From: an uncultured delta proteobacterium
GTDB taxonomy: Bacteria; Bdellovibrionota; FAC87; UBA2466
DNA: 64,000 nucleotides
Direction of reading: 5' to 3'
Assembly: GCA_963778115.1 (NCBI GenBank)
Contig: CAVZSV010000004.1
Location: 2,720,001 to 2,784,000 of the forward strand
Of the stretch, positions 29,293 to 38,754 are shown in pieces. Both the position numbers and the translations under genes were made by a program. The notes beneath the pieces are model-generated. The model searched no databases. It saw only the letters and a list, made by a program, of their open reading frames with translations, and was not told where the DNA came from. Position 1 is the stretch's first letter, and the number at the start of each line of letters is the position of its first letter.

Positions 29293-30231
29293 ATGTTTTT
29301 TGTTTCGAAAGTAATGCGCCATCGTTACGCGCTACTGGCGCTCTTTCTAAGCCCCACCCTCGCTTCAGCCAGCGTCTGCCCGGAAGTTGTCGAATTCGCC
29401 GCGGTGGTGAGTGAATTTCTGGCGAGCGGCCCTTTTTTATCAGACCAGGGTCGGATGTTGGCCTCCGCTACTCACGGAAGACGCAAACATGATCTGTTTC
29501 AGTTTTTTGCCGTTAGGGTGGGAGCTCACATGGGTGTGAAGGAGCTTCATTCGCAAGTGGTTATCCTGCCCATGAAGCAAAGAAGTCTTCTCTTTTTCGT
29601 TCCCTCCAGTGACGCGTCTGCCGCCGCTTCGGTGACAGTGGAAGCTCCTGAGGCCAGTGCTCGTTTGGTGGAAAGCTATATTTCGGGTAGCTGCCATTCT
29701 CGCTGTCAGAAAAAATTATCCGATCTCTTTGCCCTACACGTCTTACCCCACACCGTACCCCCGGCTATCGATCGGGCGAGAAAACGGGTGCAATCCGGCC
29801 ACGGACCTTTGTCCTTCGATTCGTTCGAATCCCTCTTTAGGATGATCGCTAAGAATTGGGATAGCAATGGTGATGCTCAGTTCACTATTCAGCTGCCGAA
29901 TTCAGAGTCGACCGAGATCGTTGAAACACCACTTAGCTTCGAATTTCGTCTGATCGACGACATGGAGCCGACCACCACGGGAAGGATTAGAATCCCTGCG
30001 GCAAGTCTTGAGCACGCCAAAAAGATTGTTGACCAAATATCGCAATGGTTAGGGACTCCCGTGGACACCAGTTCGTGGGTGGGAGGAAACAACGAATTTC
30101 GTTTTGGGATTCATTTGCGCGCCAATTGGAGTGCGGGAACGGCCTACGGCGATACTTTGGCAACTCAAAAGCATCTAACGATCTCGTTAGCTCCGATGCC
30201 CGACATGTGGAGCGAAGAGGGCCTCGTGTGA
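29293..30231 (+). CDS. Hypothetical secreted protein
   Basis: 312-aa ORF; signal peptide ending LASA. Confidence 0.65.
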   Translation: MFFVSKVMRHRYALLALFLSPTLASASVCPEVVEFAAVVSEFLASGPFLSDQGRMLASATHGRRKHDLFQFFAVRVGAHMGVKELHSQVVILPMKQRSLLFFVPSSDASAAASVTVEAPEASARLVESYISGSCHSRCQKKLSDLFALHVLPHTVPPAIDRARKRVQSGHGPLSFDSFESLFRMIAKNWDSNGDAQFTIQLPNSESTEIVETPLSFEFRLIDDMEPTTTGRIRIPAASLEHAKKIVDQISQWLGTPVDTSSWVGGNNEFRFGIHLRANWSAGTAYGDTLATQKHLTISLAPMPDMWSEEGLV

Positions 30232-31190
30232 CCGAATTAAGAAGGCTCTTCCATGCCTTACTGCTAAGAGGAAATTTAAAGAAAACAGAGCCTCCGCTTC
30301 GTAGCGGAAGAGCTGACTTTGCCTTTACTTCTGTTGAGGGACTCTCCGCTCTTTTCGACCCCAAATGGGGAATCTATCTCTCGGCCAATCGCAGGGTACT
30401 AAAGGTCGCAGTCCAACAAGCAGCCGAGGGAACGGAGCTTAAATGGGTGACAGTTCCTTTGCCGCGGCGTTTTCACTTTTGGAAAAGACTGGTGGAGAAC
30501 GCGCAAGACCAAAGGCATCTGGCCGGCATGTCCGATTTCGTTGAAAGGGAAATCTTACCGAAACTCTTTCCCAACCTTCTTGAGGCGTCGCGCGAGGTCA
30601 TCGCTGGGCAACATAGTCTGACTTGGGAGCAATTTTCTCGAACCCTTCGGTGGTTAGAATGGGCGTCTAAACGTACAGCGGCCAGAGAACAGCTCGATGA
30701 AGGAACTCTCTTTCAACTCTCGTTGCCGAACCGATCCGACCAGGCGGCATTTTCTCGCCCTTTTCGATTGAACATTGAACTTACTGAGGACACTTTTTTC
30801 CCCCAAGTCAGTCTGGCGTTTCCTCCCGACGGAAACCTCTTGATCCAATTTCTATCCCAAATTGAACGGACCATGAGTGACCCGACAGAAGTGGCGGAAG
30901 TCGCCACCGACGAAGGAGGGGAGACTCGAAGCGGAGACGTTGAACGCCTAAGAAGGCTTGTGAATGCCAAGGGCCTGGTCTGTGATTCTTATAGGCTTAA
31001 CCGTAGCACCGATTCCAATTTTAGTCGGATATTCACCGGGCTCAATGCTTCGAGCGGGGATTGGTTGCTCGATTTCTATCCTAGAATTCGCAGAACCCCG
31101 CTCAACGAGCAAACCGCAATAGGGCTAAGATGGAAAAAATTCTTCGAGTTTCTGTTGTCGCGAAGGCTTATGCCTCTTTCGCCGCTTTAG
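30228..31190 (+). CDS. Hypothetical protein, apparent distant paralog of the upstream ORF
   Basis: GTG overlaps the upstream TGA (GTGA); shared sequence blocks seen by eye. Confidence 0.6.
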   Translation: MTELRRLFHALLLRGNLKKTEPPLRSGRADFAFTSVEGLSALFDPKWGIYLSANRRVLKVAVQQAAEGTELKWVTVPLPRRFHFWKRLVENAQDQRHLAGMSDFVEREILPKLFPNLLEASREVIAGQHSLTWEQFSRTLRWLEWASKRTAAREQLDEGTLFQLSLPNRSDQAAFSRPFRLNIELTEDTFFPQVSLAFPPDGNLLIQFLSQIERTMSDPTEVAEVATDEGGETRSGDVERLRRLVNAKGLVCDSYRLNRSTDSNFSRIFTGLNASSGDWLLDFYPRIRRTPLNEQTAIGLRWKKFFEFLLSRRLMPLSPL

Positions 31191-31413
31191 CTTGCTCACC
31201 GCGGAGCCGTTTAATGGCTCCGCAATACTCACAAACCCATTCATCCGAGGTAAAGAGCTGTTCTCGGTTAAACTCGTGGTAGCAGCGCTCTTGAATAGTT
31301 CTCATTTCCCGATAAGCCTCCTCCAGTTCGTTTGCCTCGGTGGGGCCCATTAAGCTATAACGGCCGAGGTACTTTTGGATGACTTGTTGGTGTTTTAGGA
31401 CCTCTTCACGCAT
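31168..31413 (-). CDS. Small protein with a C-x-H...C-x2-C putative Zn finger
   Basis: 81 aa; GGGAGGA RBS; RCYHEF...WVCEYCG. Confidence 0.7.
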   Translation of the reverse strand: MREEVLKHQQVIQKYLGRYSLMGPTEANELEEAYREMRTIQERCYHEFNREQLFTSDEWVCEYCGAIKRLRGEQAKAAKEA

Positions 31414-31447
31414 GGCGTCCTCCCTAGTTCTCTCAAGGACCATAACT

Positions 31448-31463
31448 TGCAATTTACTTACCA
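31448..31463 (-). promoter_or_regulatory. Putative sigma54 promoter
   Basis: TGGTAAGTAAATTGCA on the - strand, 35 bp upstream of ATG 31413. Confidence 0.55.
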
Positions 31464-31592
31464 ACCAGTCTTGTCTTGTGGCCGCCAAAAAAGTATCTTG
31501 TTGGCTCACTTGAATCTTTGGTTGATTCTTTGATTTGTTCTTGGACCAATTGGGTCTTGGCTCAAAGTGACACTCTTGAACGGGGAGGAAGG

Positions 31593-32417
31593 ATGTTGAA
31601 GCTGGTACTCGTCGCCGGTATAGCGGCGGGGCTGTGCTATATGGGGGCACTTGTCTATTTCTACATTACCCAACGCCGTTTGCAGTATTTCCCAAGCCAT
31701 CGAGACACCGAAGGCAAAGGGGATGGAATTTTCCGTCCGTGGTTGACGGATCAAGGGGCGTTCTTGGGATATATCCGAGGCTCTGACAACCCCAAATGGG
31801 GCGTTATCCTTTTTCATGGCACCCAAGGCGAAGCCTTAGATCGCGTTTGGCTCTCTGAATTGGTCCCCGATTCAGACGTTCTGTTACTGCTACCGGAGTA
31901 CCCCGGCTACGGGGGCAAACAGGGATCCCCTACGGAGGCTAGTATCTATGCGGCCGCCGAATTTTGTTGGATGGAAGCCCGTCGTCGGTGGAAGATCCCG
32001 TTCACCTTGTTGGGAGAGAGCCTAGGCGGAGCCGTCGCTTCTCACGTCGCCGCCAAAAGTGTCGAGAAAGGGGCCGAGCGTATCGCTTTAATTTCTCCTT
32101 TCACTTCCGCGACCGAAGTCGCCAAGCGGCACTATTTTTTCTTCCCGGTCCAGTGGATGCACCGAGATAAGTTTGAAACGGAGAAGCTTTTAAGAAATAT
32201 CCAGCTTCCCATCCACATCATTCACGGAACTTTAGATCAGGTCACCCCGATCGACTTGGGCAGGAAGCTTTTGAACGATTATTCCGCCAGCAGCAAGGCC
32301 CTAACGGCGATTCCCGGCTACGGCCACGACAATATCAGTTCGGCGGCGGTGGACTCTCCCTTCGCGGAAGAATTCCGCGCGTTCGTTCGCGGCGAAGGCC
32401 ATCACGTCAACCCTTGA
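31593..32417 (+). CDS. Alpha/beta hydrolase (ABHD13/Bem46-like)
   Basis: N-terminal TM, Q..L.YFP, EYPGYG...G.PTE, GESLGG, IHGTLD, GYGH. Confidence 0.9.
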   Translation: MLKLVLVAGIAAGLCYMGALVYFYITQRRLQYFPSHRDTEGKGDGIFRPWLTDQGAFLGYIRGSDNPKWGVILFHGTQGEALDRVWLSELVPDSDVLLLLPEYPGYGGKQGSPTEASIYAAAEFCWMEARRRWKIPFTLLGESLGGAVASHVAAKSVEKGAERIALISPFTSATEVAKRHYFFFPVQWMHRDKFETEKLLRNIQLPIHIIHGTLDQVTPIDLGRKLLNDYSASSKALTAIPGYGHDNISSAAVDSPFAEEFRAFVRGEGHHVNP

Positions 32418-32600
32418 CCTGTGCTTCTGCTAAAACCACGGGAATCCTTCGGGGTTCGCCCGACTGAATCTAGCACCTACCATCCGGACGAAACGGGACC
32501 GAATTTAGTTAACTATTAACCAGACTCATAAAGTACCCACTTTTTTACACGAGTGCCAGACTGAAACCACCCTTTTGGGGGATTTTAGCTTTGCGCGATG

Positions 32601-32616
32601 TGGCATTACCTTTGCT
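32601..32616 (+). promoter_or_regulatory. Near-consensus sigma54 promoter with no clear downstream CDS
   Basis: TGGCATTACCTTTGCT versus consensus TGGCAC-N5-TTGCW. Confidence 0.7.
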
Positions 32617-32626
32617 TTAGTAAGTT

Positions 32627-32965
32627 TCCGAGGCGTCGACGGAAGGGATGGGGGTCCTGAAAGTCGAAGAGCCTCACTGGGTTGGGCAAAAGTTTAGCGG
32701 GGTCATTAGTGGCTGGGGGGTCACCGAGGGAAGTGGGTTGAGGGATTCTGGGTTGGTAACGGGTTTGGGTTGAGGTTGGGAAAATGGGGTTGGGGTTGGG
32801 AGTATGGGGAACTTGGGTTGGGGGCGCTCTTTCAAATGACTTCTGGCAAATTACCTCTGGCAAATGGCTTCTGGGTTGGGAGCACATGGGCTGGGGAGCC
32901 TAGTTGGAAGAGAAATTGGGAATCGGGCAATTAGGGGGACTCTCCCCCTGATTCCCCGACAAGGG
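32627..32965 (+). ncRNA. Candidate G-rich repeat ncRNA (may extend to about 33237)
   Basis: Lies between the sigma54 motif and a strong hairpin (32923-32959); repeated TGGGTTGG(G)-like motifs; no long ORF on +. Confidence 0.4.
32678..32920 (+). repeat. Degenerate G-rich TGGGTTGGG-like repeats plus 3x14-bp CAAATNRCYTCTGG (32833-32874)
   Basis: Read directly; nine G>=3 tracts between 32761 and 32824. Confidence 0.85.
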
Positions 32966-33176
32966 TTTTAGTAACGAAGGTCAAACATTGGATTTGGTTA
33001 ACGAATGAAACGATTTTTAGAAATAAATTTCTTCACCGGTCTTAAAGGTAAACTTCCTTTTAAGCCCGCCACTTCTTGCGGAGGTAGTGACGACGCCAAG
33101 ACTGGTTTCCTCGTAATGAAAAGGGGGCAAGGCCGAAAGGATTAGCCCTCTTTACAACGTAAAGTCTTACCAACAA

Positions 33177-33237
33177 GGGACGCTATCCTTTTAGACCGCG
33201 GGTCAGAAGGACCCGGATAGCGTCTCCTTTCTTTTTC
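33177..33237 (+). terminator. Terminator-like hairpin just upstream of the aminotransferase
   Basis: 12-bp stem GGGACGCTATCC/GGATAGCGTCTC with inner GGGTC/GACCC, followed by CTTTCTTTTT. Confidence 0.65.
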
Positions 33238-33253
33238 TGATAAAAAAAATGGC

Positions 33254-34384
33254 ATGACCTCACCGCTTTATGAACGCCATGCGTTCGAACTCCCCGATGA
33301 TGTGACCTACTTGAATGGGTCCTATATGTCTCCTTTGCTCAAAGAAGTTCGCAAGGCCGGAGAAGGAGCTCTTGAGGATAGGGCACGTCCTTGGACCATC
33401 TCTTCTGAAAAATTCTTTGATAACGTGGAGCGGGTCCGGTCACTTTTTGCCGTGATCATTAACGGAGATCCGGACGGAGTGGCCTTAATTCCGTCCGTGA
33501 GCTTCGGAGCAGCCGTCGCGGCGGCTAACCTTCCCATCAAAGAGGGCCAAAAAATACTCGTCATGGAGGGGCAATTTCCCTCTAATTTCTTGGTCTGGCG
33601 GGAATTGGCGAAGCGAACGGGTGGGATCTTAGAGACGGTTCCTTGTCCGAAGGATTTTAATTGGACTGAGGCTTTTCTTTCCAGGCTCGACGATCGGACC
33701 GCCATCGTGGCATTGGAGCCCTGTCACTGGACGAACGGGAGCTCTGTCGATCTGGGGGCAGTGGGCAATCGAACACGTGAAGTTGGGGGAGCTTTCGTGG
33801 TGGACGCAAGTCAAGCTGCCGGAGCGCTTCCTCTGGACGTTCGTGAATTCCAACCGGATTTCTTGCTTACGGTAGGCTACAAATGGCTTTTGGGTCCTTA
33901 TAGCCTAGCACTCATGTACGTGCACCCCTCTCGACGATCCGGGATTCCGCTCGAATTTAACTGGATGAATCTAAAGGGGAGTCAGGATTTTACCCGATTG
34001 ACCGATTATGGAACTGAATTTCAAGAAGGGGCACGCCGTTACGATGTGGGAGAGCGAAGCAACTTCTTGCTCGTTCCGATGCTTAAAACGGCGCTCGAAA
34101 AGATCGTGTCGTGGGGCATACCGCAAATTCAAAAAAGCGCCGCTTCGCTAACGGCATTAATAGATCAGAGTGCCGATCGGAGAGGGATCGAAAGAGTTCC
34201 TTCTTCCCGAAGGGTCGGCCATATGACCGGACTCTACTTTCAAGGCAAAGATCTCTCGGCGATAGCCAATCGGCTTGCCGCAGAAAAGATCTTCGTGAGT
34301 CTTAGGGGATCGTCCATCAGGATCTCCGCTAATATTTACAATAGCAGTCGCGATATCGAACGACTTTTTGAAGTCCTATCTTAG
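33254..34384 (+). CDS. Class V PLP-dependent aminotransferase-fold enzyme
   Basis: YLNGSYMSP, VVDASQAAG, GYKWLLGP (PLP Lys), IRIS..IYN. No RxGHHC catalytic-Cys motif, so not a canonical SufS. Confidence 0.88.
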   Translation: MTSPLYERHAFELPDDVTYLNGSYMSPLLKEVRKAGEGALEDRARPWTISSEKFFDNVERVRSLFAVIINGDPDGVALIPSVSFGAAVAAANLPIKEGQKILVMEGQFPSNFLVWRELAKRTGGILETVPCPKDFNWTEAFLSRLDDRTAIVALEPCHWTNGSSVDLGAVGNRTREVGGAFVVDASQAAGALPLDVREFQPDFLLTVGYKWLLGPYSLALMYVHPSRRSGIPLEFNWMNLKGSQDFTRLTDYGTEFQEGARRYDVGERSNFLLVPMLKTALEKIVSWGIPQIQKSAASLTALIDQSADRRGIERVPSSRRVGHMTGLYFQGKDLSAIANRLAAEKIFVSLRGSSIRISANIYNSSRDIERLFEVLS

Positions 34385-35257
34385 CTTATAATTGGTGAAC
34401 TCACCGATGCGATAGGGAACGATGGACTCCCATAAAAAGGTGATGGCATTTTTAATTTCGTTGCCATCCCAATGTCTACGACACTTTTTGGGATCAAAGG
34501 GATAGGACTTGGTTTCTATTCTCTCCTTCATTACGGCAGGATGAGAAGAATGAAAGGGCTTAAGCCCCACATGCCGTTTTAATTCAAAAGCATGATCTTC
34601 GGATTCGGGTTGTTCGCCCCACCATTGGGCCATCTCACCTTCTTTGGTCTTGAGAGAGGCGGGACTTCTGACGTAGCCATAATGGAAAATGCGAGCGGAA
34701 GCGGGGATAACGACAAGCTTCTCTTCGCCTTTACGAAAGCCTTGGGCATCTCGATAGGCGCGAATTCCTCTTGCGTTCTTGAAAGCGCGGACTTCACGCC
34801 GATACCAATTTCTTCCTGTAATTCGGTAATGGTAATTTCCGTAGAAGTGTAAATAGTCGAATAGAAGCCCATCCACATCATCAAAGGTATTGGCCTCTTT
34901 CATCGCATCCAGAATCATGGGATGATCGGATTCATGGATCGCTTCGTCGGCTTGAACGTACAGACACCATTGCCCGTGGCACTCCTTCAGTGCGCTATCG
35001 GTCTGAGTCTTTAACTGCCATCCTCCTTGCTGTGCTTTTTTCTCCCAGGTGGATTGGATGAGTTTAATTTTTCTTGGGAACGATTTTTGAAGTTCAAGGC
35101 AAATCTCCCATGTGTCGTCGGTAGAATCGCCGCAATTGATGATGAACTCGTCACACAGGGGGAGTGCCGAAAGGACTGACTCTCGAAAGGGGTAGTCGAG
35201 CTTTTTGGCATTTCTGACGATGGTAAAGCCGCTGACTCGAATCTGAGACACACTCAT
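34376..35257 (-). CDS. Glycosyltransferase family 2 protein
   Basis: SGFTIVRN, S.D.T, YVQADE (DxD-like), IFHYGYV. Confidence 0.85.
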   Translation of the reverse strand: MSVSQIRVSGFTIVRNAKKLDYPFRESVLSALPLCDEFIINCGDSTDDTWEICLELQKSFPRKIKLIQSTWEKKAQQGGWQLKTQTDSALKECHGQWCLYVQADEAIHESDHPMILDAMKEANTFDDVDGLLFDYLHFYGNYHYRITGRNWYRREVRAFKNARGIRAYRDAQGFRKGEEKLVVIPASARIFHYGYVRSPASLKTKEGEMAQWWGEQPESEDHAFELKRHVGLKPFHSSHPAVMKERIETKSYPFDPKKCRRHWDGNEIKNAITFLWESIVPYRIGEFTNYKLR

Positions 35258-35260
35258 CCC

Positions 35261-36349
35261 CTACACATTGAATCTAAACTCAAGGACGTCGCCCGGTTGC
35301 ACGACATACTCTTTTCCTTCCAGCTTATAAAGTCCCGCCTCTTTTACTTTGCCCTCACTGCCCAGTCTGAGCAGGTCATCGCTTTTCATGCATTCGGCGC
35401 AGATAAACCCTTTTTCAAAATCGGTATGAATGACGCCCGCGGCCTGTGGGGCTTTGATCCCCTTATGGATCTCCCATGCATGGACTTCCTTAACTCCAGC
35501 AGTGTAGTAAACCGTAAGTCCCAACAGATCAAAAGCCGCACGAATGAGTCGATTAAGGCCCGGTTCTTCAACACCTAAGCCCGCTAAATATTCGGCCCGC
35601 TCCTCTTCAGGGAGAGTCGCAATTTCGGCCTCAAGCGAACAGTCGATAGTCAAATGGCTCGCCCCTTCTTTGGTGGCGATGTCTTGGACGACTTTAACGA
35701 GCCCTTGCTCGTCGGGCTTTCCACTGGAGTTAGAGACATACAAAATCGGTTTTGCCGTCAAAAGGAAAAGTCCCGTGAGCCTGTCCTTATCAGCGGTATC
35801 GATGGGAAATGTGCGTGCTGGCTTTCCGGCATCCATATGGGCTCGCAGGGCTTCGAAGATTTCTGTATTTTTCTTACCCTCTTTGTCGCCCGTTTTAGCG
35901 GCGCGGCGCTCTCGTTCCATTCGCTTCTCCATACTCTGTAAGTCGGCGAGTAGGAGTTCGGTATTGATAACGTCGATATCGCGCGCGGGGTCGACCGAGC
36001 CATCGACATGAATGATGTCATCATTATGAAAGCAGCGGACCAAGTGGATAATGGCGTCTACTTCACGAATGTGATGGAGGAACTGATTTCCCAATCCTTC
36101 GCCTTTGCTGGCGCCTTTCACGATGCCAGCGATATCGACGATTTGGGTGGTGGCAGGCACTATCTTTTGTGCTTTCACTACATCCGAAAGCTGCTTCAAC
36201 TTGGGATCGGGAACATTCACCACACCGATATTGGGTTCGATGGTGCAGAAGGGGTAATTCGCTGCTTCCGCCTTGGCACTTCCCAAAGCATTAAAGAGAG
36301 TAGACTTTCCAACGTTGGGAAGTCCTACGATGCCGCATTTTAGACTCAT
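35261..36349 (-). CDS. ychF: Redox-regulated ATPase YchF
   Basis: [31 protein letters not shown]-terminal EGKEY.V..GD...FRFNV. Confidence 0.98.
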   Translation of the reverse strand: MSLKCGIVGLPNVGKSTLFNALGSAKAEAANYPFCTIEPNIGVVNVPDPKLKQLSDVVKAQKIVPATTQIVDIAGIVKGASKGEGLGNQFLHHIREVDAIIHLVRCFHNDDIIHVDGSVDPARDIDVINTELLLADLQSMEKRMERERRAAKTGDKEGKKNTEIFEALRAHMDAGKPARTFPIDTADKDRLTGLFLLTAKPILYVSNSSGKPDEQGLVKVVQDIATKEGASHLTIDCSLEAEIATLPEEERAEYLAGLGVEEPGLNRLIRAAFDLLGLTVYYTAGVKEVHAWEIHKGIKAPQAAGVIHTDFEKGFICAECMKSDDLLRLGSEGKVKEAGLYKLEGKEYVVQPGDVLEFRFNV

Positions 36350-36999
36350 TTCTTTTCTTCTTTCTTGTTTTCTTTATTTTTGACTTCATCCTTTGGCGTT
36401 CGGTTCACGGTATCCATCGTTTTTGCGATCCCCTCTTTCAAAAGAACTTCCAGCGCATCGACGGCGGAGACTACGGCTTTTTCCAAAGTCTCCTTTAGAG
36501 TCGAGGGAACCTTAGAGAGGAGGTAGACATCCGAAGGGAGCACTTCCGATCTTCCCACTCCAATCCTTAAGCGGGGGAAGTTTTCACCTCCCAGATGTTC
36601 GATCACCGACTTGAGCCCGTTGTGACCTCCAGCACCGCCAGAAACGCGCAATCGAAGCTTTCCCGGAGGCAAGTCGAGATCGTCGCTTACCAAAAGTACG
36701 TCTTTAGGCTCGATCTTGTAGAAGTGAGCAATCTCGCGGACCGCAGTTCCCGACAGATTCATGAAAGTCTGCGGTTTTACGAGAATCGCTTTCCTATCGT
36801 AGATATCGAGACGACACGTCAGCGCGTTTGTCTCCTTGCGGAATTCCAAACGGTTCCTGGAGGCCAAGAGATCCAGCACATCAAAGCCGAGATTATGCGG
36901 CGTCTGCTGGTATTTCTTGCCCGGATTTCCCAAGCCTACAAAAAGGAGCAAGGGGCTGTTCAAGACGCTGAATAATGGACCCGACGGCCCAGACGACAT
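36346..36999 (-). CDS. pth: Peptidyl-tRNA hydrolase
   Basis: [36 protein letters not shown]. Confidence 0.97.
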   Translation of the reverse strand: MSSGPSGPLFSVLNSPLLLFVGLGNPGKKYQQTPHNLGFDVLDLLASRNRLEFRKETNALTCRLDIYDRKAILVKPQTFMNLSGTAVREIAHFYKIEPKDVLLVSDDLDLPPGKLRLRVSGGAGGHNGLKSVIEHLGGENFPRLRIGVGRSEVLPSDVYLLSKVPSTLKETLEKAVVSAVDALEVLLKEGIAKTMDTVNRTPKDEVKNKENKKEEKK

Positions 37000-37028
37000 G
37001 AGAGCTCCGTGATTTTAAAAGAAGGATA

Positions 37029-37718
37029 TTACTTCTTCTTTTCATCCTTCTTAGCATCGGCGGCGGGCGCCGCAGCGGCACCTTCTTCACCCTCTTTCTT
37101 CTTCTCCGTAATGACTTCCGGTTCGGCAGTCGGAGTAAGTGAAGCGACGGCCTCTTCTTCTTTCGTCGGAGGTACGACCGTTACCAGGGTCGTTTGGGTA
37201 GAAGCGGATAGCTCCACACCTTCCGGCAAAATGACGGCATCTGCGTGAAGAGAATCCCCGATCTTAAGGGCTGAAACATCAACGTCGATGTGTTTTGGAA
37301 TCTGGGTCGGAAGACACTTAATGGAGATGGTTCGCTGGACGACGTTAAGAACACCACCATCGGCAACCCCGATGGCTTTACCCGTAAGATTCACGGAAAC
37401 GGTGACTTCGATTTTGGCTTTGACGTCAATTTCAAGCAAATCGACGTGAATGAGATTTCGTTTTACCGGATCGACTTGGTAGTCTTTTACAATGGCATGT
37501 CGGCCTTCCACACCGGTACCCACCAAATTTAAGACTTTGTTTCGTCCGCCTTCTTCCATAAGAAGTTTGTGAATAAGGCGGGGTTCGAGAATGAGATTGG
37601 TGTTCTCATGCCCCAAGCCGTAAAGCACACCGGGCAGTTTTCCCGCGCGGCGAATTTTTCGTGCGGCACCTTTGCCTTTGTTCTGTCTGTTTTCTACCGT
37701 GAGACTTAGTTGTTCCAT
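37029..37718 (-). CDS. rplY: 50S ribosomal protein L25/Ctc
   Basis: GKGAARKIRR.G..PGVLYG, HVDL, Ctc C-domain; located between prs and pth. Confidence 0.96.
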   Translation of the reverse strand: MEQLSLTVENRQNKGKGAARKIRRAGKLPGVLYGLGHENTNLILEPRLIHKLLMEEGGRNKVLNLVGTGVEGRHAIVKDYQVDPVKRNLIHVDLLEIDVKAKIEVTVSVNLTGKAIGVADGGVLNVVQRTISIKCLPTQIPKHIDVDVSALKIGDSLHADAVILPEGVELSASTQTTLVTVVPPTKEEEAVASLTPTAEPEVITEKKKEGEEGAAAAPAADAKKDEKKK

Positions 37719-37727
37719 GAGTTCACC

Positions 37728-38681
37728 TTAATCAAATAAAGAGCTTACCGAAGATTGTTTATGGATGCGGCGAATGGCTTCCGATAGGATGGGAGCTACG
37801 GTGAGGCACTTCACTTTGCCTAGTTTCGCCATCTCGGGCGAGAGGGGGATGGTGTCGGTACATATCACTTCCCTAATCTCGCTATCCCGAATTCGTTCAA
37901 ATGCAGAGCCTGAAAAAACACCGTGAGTACAAGCGGCACTGACAGACTCCGCTCCGTGCTCTCTTAAAACGTGAATGGCCTGGACCAAGGTACCTGCGGT
38001 ATCGATCATATCATCGACGATAATCGCAAATTTGCCTTTTACCTCTCCGATGACATTCATGGCTTGGGCTTCATTGGGTCGGATACGACGTTTGTCGATA
38101 ATCGCGAGTCCCACATCTAATCGTTTCGCGTAGGCTCGCGCCCGTTCCACACCACCAGCATCTGGAGAGACGACAATCAGTTTATCGAGTGGATAATTTT
38201 GTCTAATGTATTGAAGGATGACGGGCTTTGCATACAAATGATCGAAAGGAATATTGAAAAAGCCCTGAATCTGGCCCGCGTGTAAGTCCATCGAGACTAC
38301 TCGGGAAACACCTGCTGCCGTTAGCAAGTCGGCGACGAGTTTGGCCGTGATGGGGACTCGTGATTGGACTTTGCGATCTTGTCGTCCATATCCGTAATAA
38401 GGAAGGACCGCGGTGATCGAATTGGTAGAAGATCGCTTAAGCGCATCGGTCATGATAAGCAGTTCCATCAAAGTGTCGTTTACCGGATGGCAAGTGGGCT
38501 GAATGACAAAAGTGTCGGCCCCCCGAACGCTCTCTTGAATCTCTACAAAAATTTCACCGTCTGAAAAACGGCGAACGTCGGCGCGACAAAGTTCGGTTCC
38601 TAGATCATCGGCGATCGCTTTGGAAAGCGCCACATTCGCCGTGCAGGAAAATATCTTAAATTCGCGGCCTTCAAAATCCAT
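37728..38681 (-). CDS. prs: Ribose-phosphate pyrophosphokinase
   Basis: [45 protein letters not shown]. Confidence 0.98.
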   Translation of the reverse strand: MDFEGREFKIFSCTANVALSKAIADDLGTELCRADVRRFSDGEIFVEIQESVRGADTFVIQPTCHPVNDTLMELLIMTDALKRSSTNSITAVLPYYGYGRQDRKVQSRVPITAKLVADLLTAAGVSRVVSMDLHAGQIQGFFNIPFDHLYAKPVILQYIRQNYPLDKLIVVSPDAGGVERARAYAKRLDVGLAIIDKRRIRPNEAQAMNVIGEVKGKFAIIVDDMIDTAGTLVQAIHVLREHGAESVSAACTHGVFSGSAFERIRDSEIREVICTDTIPLSPEMAKLGKVKCLTVAPILSEAIRRIHKQSSVSSLFD

Positions 38682-38754
38682 AAGGCTCCAGATGCTATGC
38701 AAAACTCACGGTAAATACAACGGTTTTTATTGAATTTGGCGGCTAGCGTCAGCG

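Noticed and set aside
32458..32498. Hammerhead-like CTGA...GGACGAAAC
   Set aside because: The CUGANGA core is absent (CTGAATC).
32560..32620. c-di-GMP-I riboswitch-like GCAAA...GCGCAAAGCTA on the - strand
   Set aside because: No GNRA-capped P2 or receptor stem; better explained by the + strand sigma54 motif.
32606..32887. 93-aa Pro-rich ORF on the - strand
   Set aside because: Composition follows from the antisense of the G-rich repeats; no convincing RBS or family motif.
33121..33152. SRP RNA domain IV-like hairpin
   Set aside because: Lacks the conserved CAGG/AGCA symmetric loop and the long SRP rod.
33254..34384. Cysteine desulfurase (SufS/IscS) call
   Set aside because: Catalytic Cys loop motif not present; kept as a generic class V enzyme.
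38703..38754. tRNA-Gln often found upstream of prs
   Set aside because: The gap is too short and shows no cloverleaf or T-loop motif.
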